Source of the DNA: Octopus vulgaris | Lineage: Eukaryota | Assembly (NCBI GenBank): GCA_951406725.2 | Contig: OX597818.1 | Coordinates: forward strand, 70,308,001 to 70,372,000 | DNA: 64,000 nt | Reading direction: 5' to 3' | Shown here: positions 1 through 12,600 of the stretch, one piece after another | Layout of the letters: each line of letters starts with the position of its first letter | Position numbering within the stretch: the first letter of the stretch is position 1 | Notes under the pieces: model-generated | What the model saw: only the letters and a program-made list of their open reading frames with translations | Told to the model about the DNA's origin: nothing | Databases searched by the model: none | Translations under genes and position numbers: made by a program

Positions 1-1082
1 CTATTTCTAACAGATTGAGCAATTTTATAGAGTCTTCGTTTGCTTTCTTGGAATATTTATCTTTGTGTTTGTATGAGAGTGAGTTTGTGCATCAGATTTG
101 AAAATCTCTTTCCTTTTGGTCTTGAAACATTATTTTCTTTTTCTTCTTTCAATAAAAATTGAAAATATTTAAACTCATCGAATTCAGTGTATAAATTCTT
201 GTTGGCATCAACAATGTCTGGTTTCCATGGATTCTGTATTTTTAGAAGTTGAGTATTCCTTACTGTCTGCTAAATATGCTTCAGTGTCTGCTAAAAATGG
301 TCCTCTGTGTTTATCTCTCAATAGATTTATGAAGAAAAAAATATCTAAGTCTCCAGATGAAGGTTTGCAGTTATTGCACTCAATCTTTTAAACAAGAGAA
401 TTGACTGCAGGCATGCTTCTCTTAATCTTTAGGCAGCTATATTGTCATCTAGATGGCAAAATGGCAGCTCTTGGAAGACATCATAGCTCCTCACATATCC
501 AACATCTCATAATAGTTTTTAGTGATGGACAAAGAAAAACCATTACTGATTCATATTTTTAAACTAGCAATGCTTATGTGTAATTTTAGGGGCACTAACA
601 CCTGCATAACATCTCACAGACCCTCGGCACTTAACAAGCATCGTCTAAAGACAAGCTGAGGTGAAACATCAGGTGTCATTAAAGGTAACATTTTCAGATA
701 TGTGGAATATTATGGATCTAAACTGATGCTGAAGATTCCCATTCCCTGCACAATAAGGGTAACTTAGAGACACACTCTTAAAAGGGTTAAGTGCCTCGGG
801 TTTAGTCACTTCAGAAGTGTGCCAGGCATTAACCCAGAATTCTTAGTCCCCTTACAGTTTGTGTGCATGTGTGTGTATGCATGTGTGTGTATGCATGCAT
901 GTGTGTGTATGCATGTGTGTGTGTGTACAGATGAGAGAAAATAGTATTTGATGCATACTGTACATTTTATTCTACAATCAACTTATAAAGAATGTAAAAG
1001 AAATTAAAGACATGGCGGTTTTATGGCATGAAACCTCAGCAACGAATGGATGAAGATGTATATAGAAATAGAAATATATAAT

Positions 1083-1122
<40 letters not shown>

Positions 1123-1780
1123 GATGTGTATGTGTGTGTAATGATACATCTCTCGATAAATTCTTGCTGAGATAGTGACATTAGCTGAACAGATTGAATA
1201 TTCCATTTATGATAATCAGTGAGTTGTTCCCCTCTCTTATCTACAGTCATATAACAATGTGTGTGTGTGTGTGTGTGTGTCAGTGTTCATATATGTGTAT
1301 ATCCTTATCTTCATGTGACTACAAGTGTGTTGCAATATGTGTATATGCTCCTCTGCAATTATATAGCTGTGTGTGTGTGTGTGTGTGTATGAGGCTCTTT
1401 AACTCGAATGCATTGTCTGGTTGCATGTATGTTAATGTTGGTGATTTAGACCTGACACACAATCAGGAACGTCTTTCTAATGTGCCAATAAAATTTGTTA
1501 ATTTATGCAGGTACGTATGTTTGTAATAAACAAGGGTAGCCATGTATGTTTATGCAGATATATTTATGACATTGTAGACATACTTACATGCATGTGTATA
1601 TATATGACATCATAGACATATAGGCACATTTTTATAGAGACATACAAATACATATATGTATATGCAAACACACACATCCACACAGATACATACATTACAC
1701 ACACACATGCATATATATAGTTTTTATATGTATATATACACACATAAATATTACACATACATATATATATGTGTATATAA

Positions 1781-1811
<31 letters not shown>

Positions 1812-2384
1812 AACAAACATATTAGCCTCTACATATGTATGCATACATGTGTGTGTGTGTGTGAGAAGCATAATGATCATTGACTGATAACGCATGAGTA
1901 AAATTTCCTATGAGCAATAATGTAAGTGTTAGAGAATATTTCCATTGCATTTTCATTTCATGAAAATTTTCCAAAGCATTAATCAAAAACTGTTGAACTG
2001 AATCTAACACTTTCTGATATTTCGCTGCCAATTGACCTGTAAATTTTCATATATTTTCATCATCATCATTTTACCTTTGCTTTCCATGTTGGCATGGATT
2101 GGACAATTTGTCAAACACAAACTCAGTTTCTATACAAAGTTGTTGGCCCTTTTGATAGTCAGAGACCATGACTCAATCATGCATGTCATTTTTGATATAT
2201 TCCTATAGCTGGATGCTCTTCCTAATGACAACCATTTTGTATTGCATGTATTGTATCTTGGCACCAGCACTAGTGAGGTAGCCTTAACTATTACTAAAGG
2301 GTCTTCATAGCTTGACAGACATTGTCTCTGTGTGTTCAAGGCAATGTAACTAAAAGGTGGAAGAAGAGGGAGACAGTATCACAA

Positions 2385-2404
2385 ATATATGCATATATAT
2401 ATAC

Positions 2405-2478
<74 letters not shown>
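2385..2478. repeat. (TA)n microsatellite (one of dozens of TA/TG/CA tracts)
   Basis: Direct observation. Confidence 0.97.
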
Positions 2479-2480
<2 letters not shown>

Positions 2481-2759
2481 AAAACGAAAAAAAAACGCAT
2501 GAACAAAGCAACAATGCAAGGACGTGGTATATGCAAAGTATCAAAAGACACTCAGGGAAGGAAAGAAAGGGTGTTTTACGTTTTGAGAAAAGTTCTTCTT
2601 CAGAAAAGGAGGAAAGGCCAAGAGAAAAGTAAGATGGGGGGAAAAAAATTGCCAGCAATCTACATGTAGTTACATTTTGGAATATATTTTTATCTATCTA
2701 TCTGTCTACATAGATATATATGTGTGTGTGTATGTGTGTATATATACATATATATATAT

Positions 2760-2924
2760 AGTTATGCTATATTCAATTAAGAATGTAGTACAGTACAGTA
2801 TAAAGCTTGTTGACCTTCAGATTTCATCCCGTGCTATCCAGGAGCAGTATTATACGTAGTTCCAGGTTTGTGTTGGGGCTTCTGTAGTGTGTGAATAAAT
2901 AATTGAATAAGTTGGAGTGAACAA

Positions 2925-2927
<3 letters not shown>
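2760..2927 (+). repeat. Unclassified ~165-bp interspersed repeat (inverted copy at ~46365-46537)
   Basis: TTAAGAATGTAGT...AAAGCTTGT...TTTGYGTTGGGGCTTCTGTAGTGTGTGAATA...GAATAAGTTGGAGT present in both copies. Confidence 0.8.
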
Positions 2928-2977
<50 letters not shown>

Positions 2978-3012
2978 TACACCATTTTTTTTTTGCCTCT
3001 ACCCATGCATCA

Positions 3013-3049
<37 letters not shown>

Positions 3050-3070
3050 GTATGTATATATATATGCATA

Positions 3071-3569
3071 CAGCCATTTTTTTTGCCTCTACCCATGCCA
3101 TCATGCATTTATCATATATATATATATATATATATATGATGTATGGTTTTTTTGCCAACCTAATCTGGCAGTCTGATTTTGGGGTGAATGCTGCTGTTAT
3201 TTAGCCCCAGGAGACATTGTCTCCAGCTGGCTACATGACGCATGATTTGTGTCCCCCCACCCACCACAAAGTATTATCTGTGTACCATACAGTTTCAGGG
3301 TTATTTGCCTTCGTTGGCACAGAATAACTCTTCGGCTGAGATGGTGCTGCTAAACACCCATTTGAAAATATAATTTTCTAAATGACTCCCAGGGCTAAAC
3401 AACAGAAGCATTTGCCCTAAAATGGGTCTGCCACATTAGGGTTGGCAAAAAATCGTTACTTTAAAGTGCTGCTACTGAATATCTCTCGTTGAGAGATTTA
3501 GGAACAACAATGTTTCTATTTTATTAGATCAGTGACTGCATGGGTAGAGGCAAAAAACAAAAAAGGCTG
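3071..3569. mobile_element. Foldback-type MITE with outer and inner inverted repeats
   Basis: Outer CAGCC(T)nGCCTCTACCCATGC / GCATGGGTAGAGGC(A)n GGCTG; inner ~70-bp IR at 3147-3218 / 3381-3452; TA flanks. Confidence 0.7.
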
Positions 3570-4142
3570 TATGATTAAGATCCTCACTTTTCCAGCCATG
3601 TGCTTCTGGGTTCAATCCCACTGCATGGCACTTGAAGCAAATATCTTCTACTATAACCTCTGGAAAATCAAGACCTTATGGGTGAATTTGATAGATGGAA
3701 ACTGAAAGAAGCCCGTTGTATACACACACAATAGTTGTATGTGTATATGTACCTATATATGTGTATTTATGTGTATATATGTGTGTGTTGTGCAAGAAAT
3801 TATAGAGCACATGAATTAATATGAAGCTATTGTTCTTTGTAACCCTACCTCACCAAGTGGGGATCATTAAGATTCTCCAGAATAACTGCATAAATTCATG
3901 CCATGGATTTAATTACATAAAATTTTTGTTATGCATTATTAATATATGAATTCAGCTCTGGGAATGTAATTCTAGCCTTATTTGAACATAATTCTAGCAT
4001 GTGTGTTCTCTCTTGGGGTTGCTACCTGAAAATTGTCTCACAAGGCTAGAAATATGTTCTCTCGTTCACAGATGTACACACAGGTACACACCTAGGTATG
4101 ACCACATAAGATCAGTAATATGAAATATAATGTACATATGTA

Positions 4143-4216
<74 letters not shown>

Positions 4217-4229
4217 TATTAGTGAAAAT

Positions 4230-4800
4230 ATATATATATGAGAGGTATTGGTATCCAGAAGACCCAAGGTGGCAGGTAACGCTATGTAAGTGGAAGGAGC
4301 ATAGTTAAACTCACAATTCGATAATGATATGAGTGAGGAGTCTAAGGCAGGTTGTGTGTGAGTATGTACATGTTGAATATAATGAGACAACAAAGCCAAG
4401 GGTGTGTGCAATTTTCAGGACATTTATAAAGAGAAAGTCAGTCTTACAGCTGTTTCTGGGATATTAGGGATATCCCTTCATCAGAGACGATGTGAGATGG
4501 TTAAGAGAGGGAAATATTAGAATTCAGTTTAAGGAGTTATTTTGGAAAAGGAAGCAAATAAGGAGTCTATAGGGAAATAGGAGAATGAATGCAAAAATAA
4601 AAATGCGTAAAGATGTTATACTTGCACTATCATTATCCAAGGAAAGTTGTGCGTAGAAATGCTTCTGGTCCATGGTATATAAATTCCAATAGGAGTTCAT
4701 ATTTTGTCATCACAAATGACAAGTGTGGAGACGTATATTCCATGTGCTGTTCATTCAAAGGGGTCTTGTGGTGTGAATGAAAATTTGAGAATGTAGTGAT
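4230..4800 (-). mobile_element. Penelope-type terminal-repeat (pLTR-like) fragment carrying a hammerhead motif
   Basis: Contains the hammerhead at 4441-4488; the flank 5' of the motif resembles 18540-18625. Boundaries approximate. Confidence 0.55.
4441..4488 (-). ncRNA. Minimal type-I hammerhead ribozyme motif
   Basis: Minus strand GUCU CUGAUGA A GGGAUAU CCCUA AUAUCCC A GAAA C AGCU G UA AGAC: 4-bp stem I, 7-bp stem II, palindromic CAGCUG stem III, GUA site. Confidence 0.75.
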
Positions 4801-4969
4801 AGTATAAAGTGGATAGAGAGGGGAAAAAGAGATGTGTGTGTTAAAATGAAGAGAGAGGTCAGAGGAAAAGGTGAGAAAAGAAGGAAAGAAAGAGGAAGAG
4901 AAAATGAAAACAAAAAGAGAAAGTGAAAAAAGTGCAAGAAAGTGAAAAAGGAGTGTATCTTCGTCCATT

Positions 4970-5640
4970 CAGAGCACTGAAAACAGCTCCAACAACACCA
5001 ACGACAAGGGCCATAACACCACCAACAGTAGTACTACTACCACTGCTGATGTTCCCCATGCCAGTGTTAATGACACCATCACCAACAACAACAGCTGTAG
5101 CAGCAACGTCAATATCAACATCACCAACACCCACACATGGCAATACATTGGATGTTCTGGTAACTCGTCCAAGCAGCACTTCCACAACCACAGATTCAAA
5201 AAAGGAGATATGCTATGTCCTTAGCCAGCCATGTTTGGCAGCTGAAGGAAGACTCCACACATAATATCATGGAAGATCCTAGAAAATCCAGGCCCTTACA
5301 TAACTGGGACCAAGCATTGTAAATTGTGTGTAGCTGAATAGACGAGGATATTAAAGGACACCCTTGACCTAGGGAACATCCCTAACTCTGGGATGGAAGT
5401 CTTCAGGCCCTGCTTGCACTTCAAGAAATTCCTGTTGGCATCCTGGGATCCACATGATAACAGGGTCAATTCTCTGTTGTTGACATAGAGAAACAAGGTC
5501 ATTTCCTCCTACATTTTCTAGAGAGGTCATAGACCTATGGTTTGAGGAAAAACTGTAAAGCTAAGTGCTTTATGGGTGTGAAACCTAGGGTAACCTCAAA
5601 GACTGGCCATATCTATCTTCATCTATATACTCTACTGCTC
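4970..5640 (+). mobile_element. Penelope-like element remnant (GIY-YIG endonuclease C-terminus)
   Basis: Frameshifted plus-strand peptides TWQYIGCSGNSSKQHFHNH / YAMSLASHVWQLKE / ISWKILENPGPYITGTKHCKLCVAE*TRIL...EVFRPCLHFKKFLL match the PLE pattern YIGxT..FKxRxxNH, LSKHVWxLK, CxLCxxEK, CRH. Confidence 0.85.
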
Positions 5641-5686
5641 TCTATAACTTGGGGTGTGCTTTTTTATCAGATTTATGATTTACCAA

Positions 5687-5720
<34 letters not shown>

Positions 5721-5784
5721 ACGCACATTTGTACAGGCATCTGTACATAGTACCTACATAGACATACACAATTACACACATGCA

Positions 5785-5821
<37 letters not shown>

Positions 5822-6496
5822 ACACACATTTGCACAGGCATCCATACATAGTAGCCAGAGAAATACACACATATGTATATGTATGTATATACATATATAT
5901 ACATTTATATATATTTTTTTTCTATGCATGTATATGTGTTTTGATATACATATGTACACACACACACAGAGGCATGCCTACATGGACACATAAGACAATT
6001 AATGCATCCACATACACACATACAAATACATGCTCATACATAAGTACTTCCTGGTTAAATCTTATATGCAAACAGACACATTCCCACGAGCTCACATGGC
6101 AACTGTAACAGGAAGATGCTGTACTCCAGCCAATATATATATGCATGTGTGTGTATATATACATACGTACATAGATGTGTACATGTGTGTTGTGTGTGTG
6201 TGTGTGTATGCATGGGTTATGTGTATCTATGCATATACGAAAGTATGAATTATATATGGTTGTTGGTTTGATGGAGGTGACTGATGTTTGCTGTAATAGT
6301 TATTGGCAGTAATGTTACATGATGTGTGTCGACAATGATGACAGCAAGGTGAAAAACAAGATGGATACATTCATACATACATATATATATATGTATATAT
6401 ATATATATGTATATACATATATATATATATATATGTATATATGTATATATACATATATATATATATGTATATATGTATATATATATATACATATAT

Positions 6497-6549
<53 letters not shown>

Positions 6550-6955
6550 TACACGTGCACATATATGCATACATACATACGTATATATTTATGTCTGTAT
6601 ATATATATAGAGAGAAAGTGACAGACAGTTGGATATTGATAGACAGAAAGATAGACATACAGATAGCTGTGCATGGAGAGTGGAATGTGAAGCATAAAGC
6701 TACAATAAAAAAAGAAAAACGAGGGAAAGTATCTTTTATAATTATTTATTTGTTTTTCCTTTTTATCTTGTCCTTATTATCCATTATTCCAATCATTATT
6801 GTTGTTGTTTTTATTTTTTCTATTATTATTTTTATTAATGCTGACATTGTTATTTTTTGGCAACTCAACAAAGAGTGCATATGTAGCAAATGGTTTGGAA
6901 GCCTGGTGTTTATGGTTTCTGACTACATGTATATATTGTACATAGTCTGTTTGTG

Positions 6956-6991
<36 letters not shown>

Positions 6992-7009
6992 ATTCGTGTG
7001 AGTGCTTTC

Positions 7010-7115
7010 CCGAGTTTATTTTGCAAATTTCATGCCAATAGAGAAAGAGCTGGTTTCTAACCTAGAAAGGAAACTCTTTCATTGGAATGTAGACTACATC
7101 AACAGGGTGGCCTTC
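7010..7115 (-). mobile_element. Solo 3'-UTR fragment of the R4/Dong-like family
   Basis: AGTTTATTTTGCAAATTTCATGCCAATAGAGAAAGAGCTGGTTTCTAACCTAG...TTCATTGGAAT...CAACAGGGT matches 11388-11483; a shorter piece lies at ~12657-12698. Confidence 0.7.
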
Positions 7116-7335
7116 TTTGTGTGTTTATATGCATACCTGTGCAAAAGCAGGTATGTGTATACACATTTCCATTTACATACGAGCATGTGGTCGGCATTAG
7201 GCGGAGCATCAAGGTACAGAAACCACACCAAAGTAGATACTGGAGTATGATGCAGTCCTTAGATGCATTCAATCCTGTTAAAACGTCCACCCCATGCCAT
7301 CATGGAACATGGATGTTAAATGACAATGATGATGA

Positions 7336-7391
<56 letters not shown>

Positions 7392-7396
<5 letters not shown>

Positions 7397-7539
7397 CAAA
7401 ATGGGACAAGAATGCAAAACATTCAAATAGACGATACAAAAAACACGGACGGGTCATTCGAAGCCTTTAATCTGAATGACCCGTCCGTTTTATGTATCAT
7501 TTATCTGGATGTTTTGCGTTTCTGTCCCATTTTGTATTT
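7392..7539. repeat. ~68-bp-arm imperfect inverted repeat embedded in (TA)n
   Basis: AAATACAAAATGGGACA...ACGGACGGGTCATTC [14-nt loop] GAATGACCCGTCCGT...TGTCCCATTTTGTATTT. Confidence 0.85.
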
Positions 7540-7554
7540 TTTTATATATATACA

Positions 7555-7938
7555 GGCACAGGAGTGGCTGTATGGTAAGTAGCTTGCTAACCAACCACAT
7601 GGTTCCGGGTTCAGTCCCACGGCATGGCATCTTGGGTAAGTGTCTTCTGCTATAGCCCCGGGCCGACCAATGCCTTGTGAGTGGATTTGCTAGACGGAAA
7701 CTGAAAGAAGCCTGTCATATATGTATATATGTATGTGTGTGTTTGTCCCCCTAGCATTGCTTGACAACCGATGCTGGTGTGTTTACGTCCCCGTCACTTA
7801 GCGGTTCGGCAAAAGAGACCGATAGAATAAGTACTGGGCTTACAAAGAATAAGTCCCGGGGTCGATTTGCTCGACTAAAGGCGGTGCTCCAGCATGGCCG
7901 CAGTCAAATGACTGAAACAAGTAAAAGAGTAAAAGAGA
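7555..7938 (+). mobile_element. Near full-length tRNA-derived SINE with a CORE-like segment (resembling octopus OR-type SINEs)
   Basis: A box TGGCTGTATGG, B box GGTTCAGTCCC, CORE-like CTTGGGTAAGTGTCTTCT, internal (TG)n and (GTAAAAGA)n tail; many copies in the window. Confidence 0.85.
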
Positions 7939-8206
7939 ATATATATGTAGCGGCGTACGTACACTTTGTTCTCTCATATATATATATACATATATACTGT
8001 ATTTTAATGTGGATAAGGAACCCCTAATTCTTTGGGCTTAAAATTAGGAAAAAAGGTTTTGTAAGGGATTATAATACTATCCATTTATAAGAACTTCCAT
8101 GTTTTATAAATCTAATTGGGTTCCCTATACATGTTAAAATACGATTTATGTATGTACATATGTATAAATATACACACACACACAAACACACATATATATA
8201 TTTATA

Positions 8207-8448
8207 CAGTAATCCCTTGCCGTATCGTGGTTCACCTGTCGCAATTCACCTGTCACGGTTCACTTATCACGGTTTATTATTTAAGCTTGCATCGATTCCT
8301 CCGTGACTTTGTTTTGCATTTATAACAAAATAAATATATACAAATTATGAAATTAATATACAGTACTGCTTCTACTTTGCAGATTTTCACCTATCACGGG
8401 GCATGGGAGGTTTGGAATGTGACACCCATGATAGTTGAGGGATTACTG
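8207..8448. mobile_element. Non-autonomous Tc1/mariner (pogo/Tigger-like) MITE
   Basis: TIR CAGTAATCCCT...AGGGATTACTG flanked by TA on both sides. Confidence 0.8.
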
Positions 8449-8470
8449 TATACACATATATATATATATG

Positions 8471-8511
<41 letters not shown>

Positions 8512-8690
8512 GTGTATATTGATATGATTACAAATGTCTGTCTTTATGATATGATAAAAACAATTTTACATTGAATTGAAAGATTACTCAATACATTCGG
8601 TAGAGTACAAATCTATCATTCTTTAACAAGAATAGTCTTGACAGTGATTTCAAAGTTTCAGTCAGCTAAGCCATCGTCAGACTGTTTGCC

Positions 8691-8724
8691 TATCTGTCTG
8701 TCTATCTATCTATCTATCTATCTA

Positions 8725-8801
<77 letters not shown>

Positions 8802-8815
8802 TTATCTATCTATCT
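8691..8815. repeat. Compound (TCTA)n/(TCTG)n microsatellite
   Basis: Direct observation. Confidence 0.97.
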
Positions 8816-9262
8816 CTCACTCTCTCTCTCTCTATATATATATATATAGAAAGAGAGAGAGAGAGAGATGCATGTATGTATACATACACACATATAAACA
8901 CATGTGTTTATATGCATGTATTTTTATCAGTTTTATTTATCTTGGTTTGTGTTTTAGATATGCTTCTCTGGTTCCACTTCTCAAACTACCTTCACTGAAA
9001 AAAAAAAAAAAAAGCACAGAACAGACAAACAAAACAAAAAAACTCTGGTGTTTATTGTGGCATTGTTTTATTGCAGTGATTGTATTCTGGATTCTGCCTG
9101 ACATGGGATATATTTCTGTTGCTTGAGCGATTTACTTTACTCATGCCATTTAGAATGGTATGATGGTGGCTGAGACGATGGCAGTGATGTTGGTGGAGAG
9201 GGTAGCAGTTGTGTGATTTGTGTTGCATATGGAGGAAGGTGCATGAAAAGTAACTGTGGTAC

Positions 9263-9297
<35 letters not shown>

Positions 9298-9453
9298 AGA
9301 GGAAAAAGGAGAGAGAGAGATTGGGAGAGACTGTATCTGAGAAAGAGAAAAGAAATGCAAAAAACGATGAGAAACAGAAATACATAAATTATAACTCTTA
9401 TGTAAGGTGTTTGTGAGTGTGAGTGTGTGAGTGTGTGTGTGTGTGTGTGTGTG

Positions 9454-9491
<38 letters not shown>

Positions 9492-11384
9492 TTTATTTGT
9501 TCAGTCATTGAAGTGCGAACATGCTGGAGCACTGCCTTGAAAAGCTTTGCTTGATTAAATGAAACCCAGTAATTATTTTTTGTTAGTTTGTTTTACTGAA
9601 CCACTAAGTCATGAGGACTTAAGCAAACCAACGAAGTAGGGGTGGGAGAATTGTAAAGACATGCATGGGCACACACACAAACATACACGTTTGTGTTCAA
9701 GAGAGAAAGTTGTACTGCATGTGTAAGTCAAGAAATGGGTAGATTAGTGCTGAACTAATGAAGAGAAAGAACCTTGCAGAAGAGGAAGACTGAGTCAAAA
9801 GAGAGGAAGGATGTTGATCTCAAGGGGGTTAAACATCACCAAGATGACATGGGACAGTACCATGGGGCATGATGCCATGCTGGAGGAAAACAACTCATGC
9901 ATAGCAAAACTGTCATGTGATGATGAAGATGATGGTGGTAGTGATCAGAATGTTAGTGATGATGATGATGATGATAGGGAGGCATAGGCATAATTTTGTG
10001 GCTAAGAAGTTTACTTCACAGCCAGTTGGTTTCTGATCCTGTTCCACTGCATGCTACCTTGGTTAAGTGCCTTCTCCTGTAGTCCTGGACTAACTGATGT
10101 CTTATGAACGAATCTGGTATACTGAAACTATGTGAAGGGACACATTGATTATTGCGTAATGAGTGTGGTGTTGCCTGGCAGCAAAATATCAGCATCAAAG
10201 GCAGAAGATTGGCAAAGAGAGCAAGAAATGAAGGGAGAGAAAAGCTGGATATAAGAAGACTCAGCAAAAACAAAAGAAATAATATTTGTATGGGCAACTG
10301 GTGCCTTGAGGGCATTTCAGCTGTATAAAACAGTTACAATGACTCAAAGTTGATGGAACCAGGGGAAGGCAGACAAGAGAGCAGAGGGAACAAAATAGTG
10401 AAGACTGCTCTCAAAATGCTGAAATTCTTGAGAGCAATGTTCATGGATGAAATGATAAAAGTCTGCAACACATTATACTCAGGAAGACTTATCCAAGCTA
10501 TTCAAGCATGACAAAAGGGACATAGAAATGGCGATGGAAGTTGGAGTTCATAATATCCATGTGGTCTGTCTCACTTATTATGTCCCTGGTCAGAGTCCAT
10601 CTACTGTTGGCCTCATCTCTTCATTCCTTTCTCTCTAATCACAGCTTATGTGTCAAAGGAGACCATTGCATCTTGGCACCATTTTTACAACCCTCTCCAT
10701 CAACCTTTATCTCTCTATGACTTCTCCAATCATGTCATTTGTGTTATAACAAATATTGTTGGTTTTGTCTACATTCAGTCCTCCTGAATATCACATTTAT
10801 TACTCGCCATCGTTTTCTCTCCCTCTCTTTCCTCCCATTGCTCTCTAACCTATTACATGTTGATATTTCCCATTCCTTTCCTCTCACCCATCTTTATTGT
10901 TATCCATCATTTGCTGTCTGTTTCACCATCACTCATCCTTATCACCAACCATCATATTCTCTCACATATCACTCGGTCATTTCTAACTCATTGTTGACAA
11001 CCGTCTCTCTCTCTCTCTCTCTCTCTCTACTCTCTCTCTCTCTCTCACTTCCATTTATTCTTTCTTCCATCACTCTGCCCCCGCTTCCATCATTCCATAC
11101 TGCTTTTCTATTCAGTCTCCTTATCAACAACCAATATTTAGCTGTCTATCCTTGATTATCCTTTCATTACTTCCATCTCTATTTATCTTCTCACTCTTGT
11201 CACACTGTTTTTTTCCATCATAATTTTTCATGCATACAATATAAAATAATTACTAGAACATTGATATACATACATACATACATACATACATACATACATA
11301 CATACATACATACATACAAGCATGCATGCATACATACATACATATGTATGTATATATATATATACATGTGCGTGTATGTCGTTG

Positions 11385-12600
11385 TTCAGTTTTATCTCAA
11401 GATTTCTTTCCAATAGAGAAAGAACCAGTTTTTAACCTAGATCCAAGGTTCCTTCATTGGAATTTCAACTTCAACAACAGGGTATTTTTGTATGTTTGTT
11501 TGTATGTATGTATGTATGTATGTATGTATGTATGCATACATGCATGCGTGCAGATCTATGTTTTGTTTTATGTATGCATTCTCATGCATATAGTTGTATA
11601 TCTAGACAGGTTCATAAATATTTAAATGATAAACTTCTGGTGGGTTTTACAGTTCTTTACAGTTCCAGTGATGGACTGGATCTGTAGTCTTCGAATTAGC
11701 TTTCTCCTTTCTGGTTTTGAGAAGCCTAATTTCTCAACATTGGTATTTAGACAGTATGTTACATATCCCAGGGCCCCAGTAATTACAGGTATAAACCTGA
11801 ACTTGTAATCAGGATAGAGTAACTGCAGATTTCTCAATAATTCAGTGTAGGTGTTCTATTTTTCACTGATCTTCAGCTTTACGTAAACATCTGCTGGGCA
11901 GCTAATTTCCACAACTGTGCACAGTTTCTTTTCTCTGTCCCAAATCTTTATATCAGGTCTGTTGTGCTTACATTTTATTGGGGTTTTCACAAGGAGATTC
12001 CACCAGTATTCCTTTTCATTATGATTGACTATAGCTTCTACCATACTGTGGGTCCTTATTTCTTTGTCCTCGGGGTTATCCTTCTGATGGATTTCATTAT
12101 AGAGTCTCCTAGCTACATCATGTCTCATCATTAGATAATACTGTGATGACATTTTCACACAACTGCTTATGATGTGGCTGATATCTTCAGTGTGAACTGA
12201 ACAAAGTCTGAATCAGTTGTCACATTTTACTGCTTCTCCTGCATCTCTATCCCATTTCTGCATCAGGTATTTGGCTGATATTTCCTGTTCCTGGATTGTA
12301 AACATAAACCAATTCAAAGTGAGAGGTAGCAATCTGGCTATTGGTCCATGACAGACTATTTTGATGATCAATATTACTGTCATCTCGGAGCTTTCTACTA
12401 ACATAGCCATGCATAGTCTTCTGTGCATATATGCTCATCCTTTCATCTGATATGTTGTGGTAGAGTTGCAGGGCTTCTTTGGGCATGTATTGAAGGTTAT
12501 CAGACCAGGAATGTTGCTCAAGGAGCTGCCTTCCAAGTCTTATGATGTTATCAGCCCCATGTATGCAAACTTGGCCAAAGGATGCACTTCAACACTTGGT
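11385..12600 (-). mobile_element. Degraded 3' fragment of an R4/Dong-like (RLE-type) non-LTR retrotransposon including its 3' UTR
   Basis: Minus frames: KTMHGY, zinc-knuckle remnant (FRLCSVHTEDISHIISSC), RHD, KHNRPDIKIWDREKKLCTVVEISCPAD (PD-(D/E)xK nuclease) and FIPVITGALG; several stops and frameshifts. Confidence 0.88.

Noticed and set aside
588-852. Possible MITE (GGCACTTAAC/GTTAAGTGCC and AGGGG..CTAA/TTAGTCCCCT inverted words)
   Set aside because: Inverted matches are short and no TSD or second copy was found.
4923-5264. Thr/Pro-rich mucin-like 113-aa ORF
   Set aside because: Alternative frame of the low-complexity stretch of the Penelope remnant; the informative frame encodes YIGC...HNH.
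5300-5333. Minus-strand exon-like segment with AG/GTAAGG borders
   Set aside because: Lies antisense within the Penelope endonuclease remnant; it shows that chance splice-like borders occur here.
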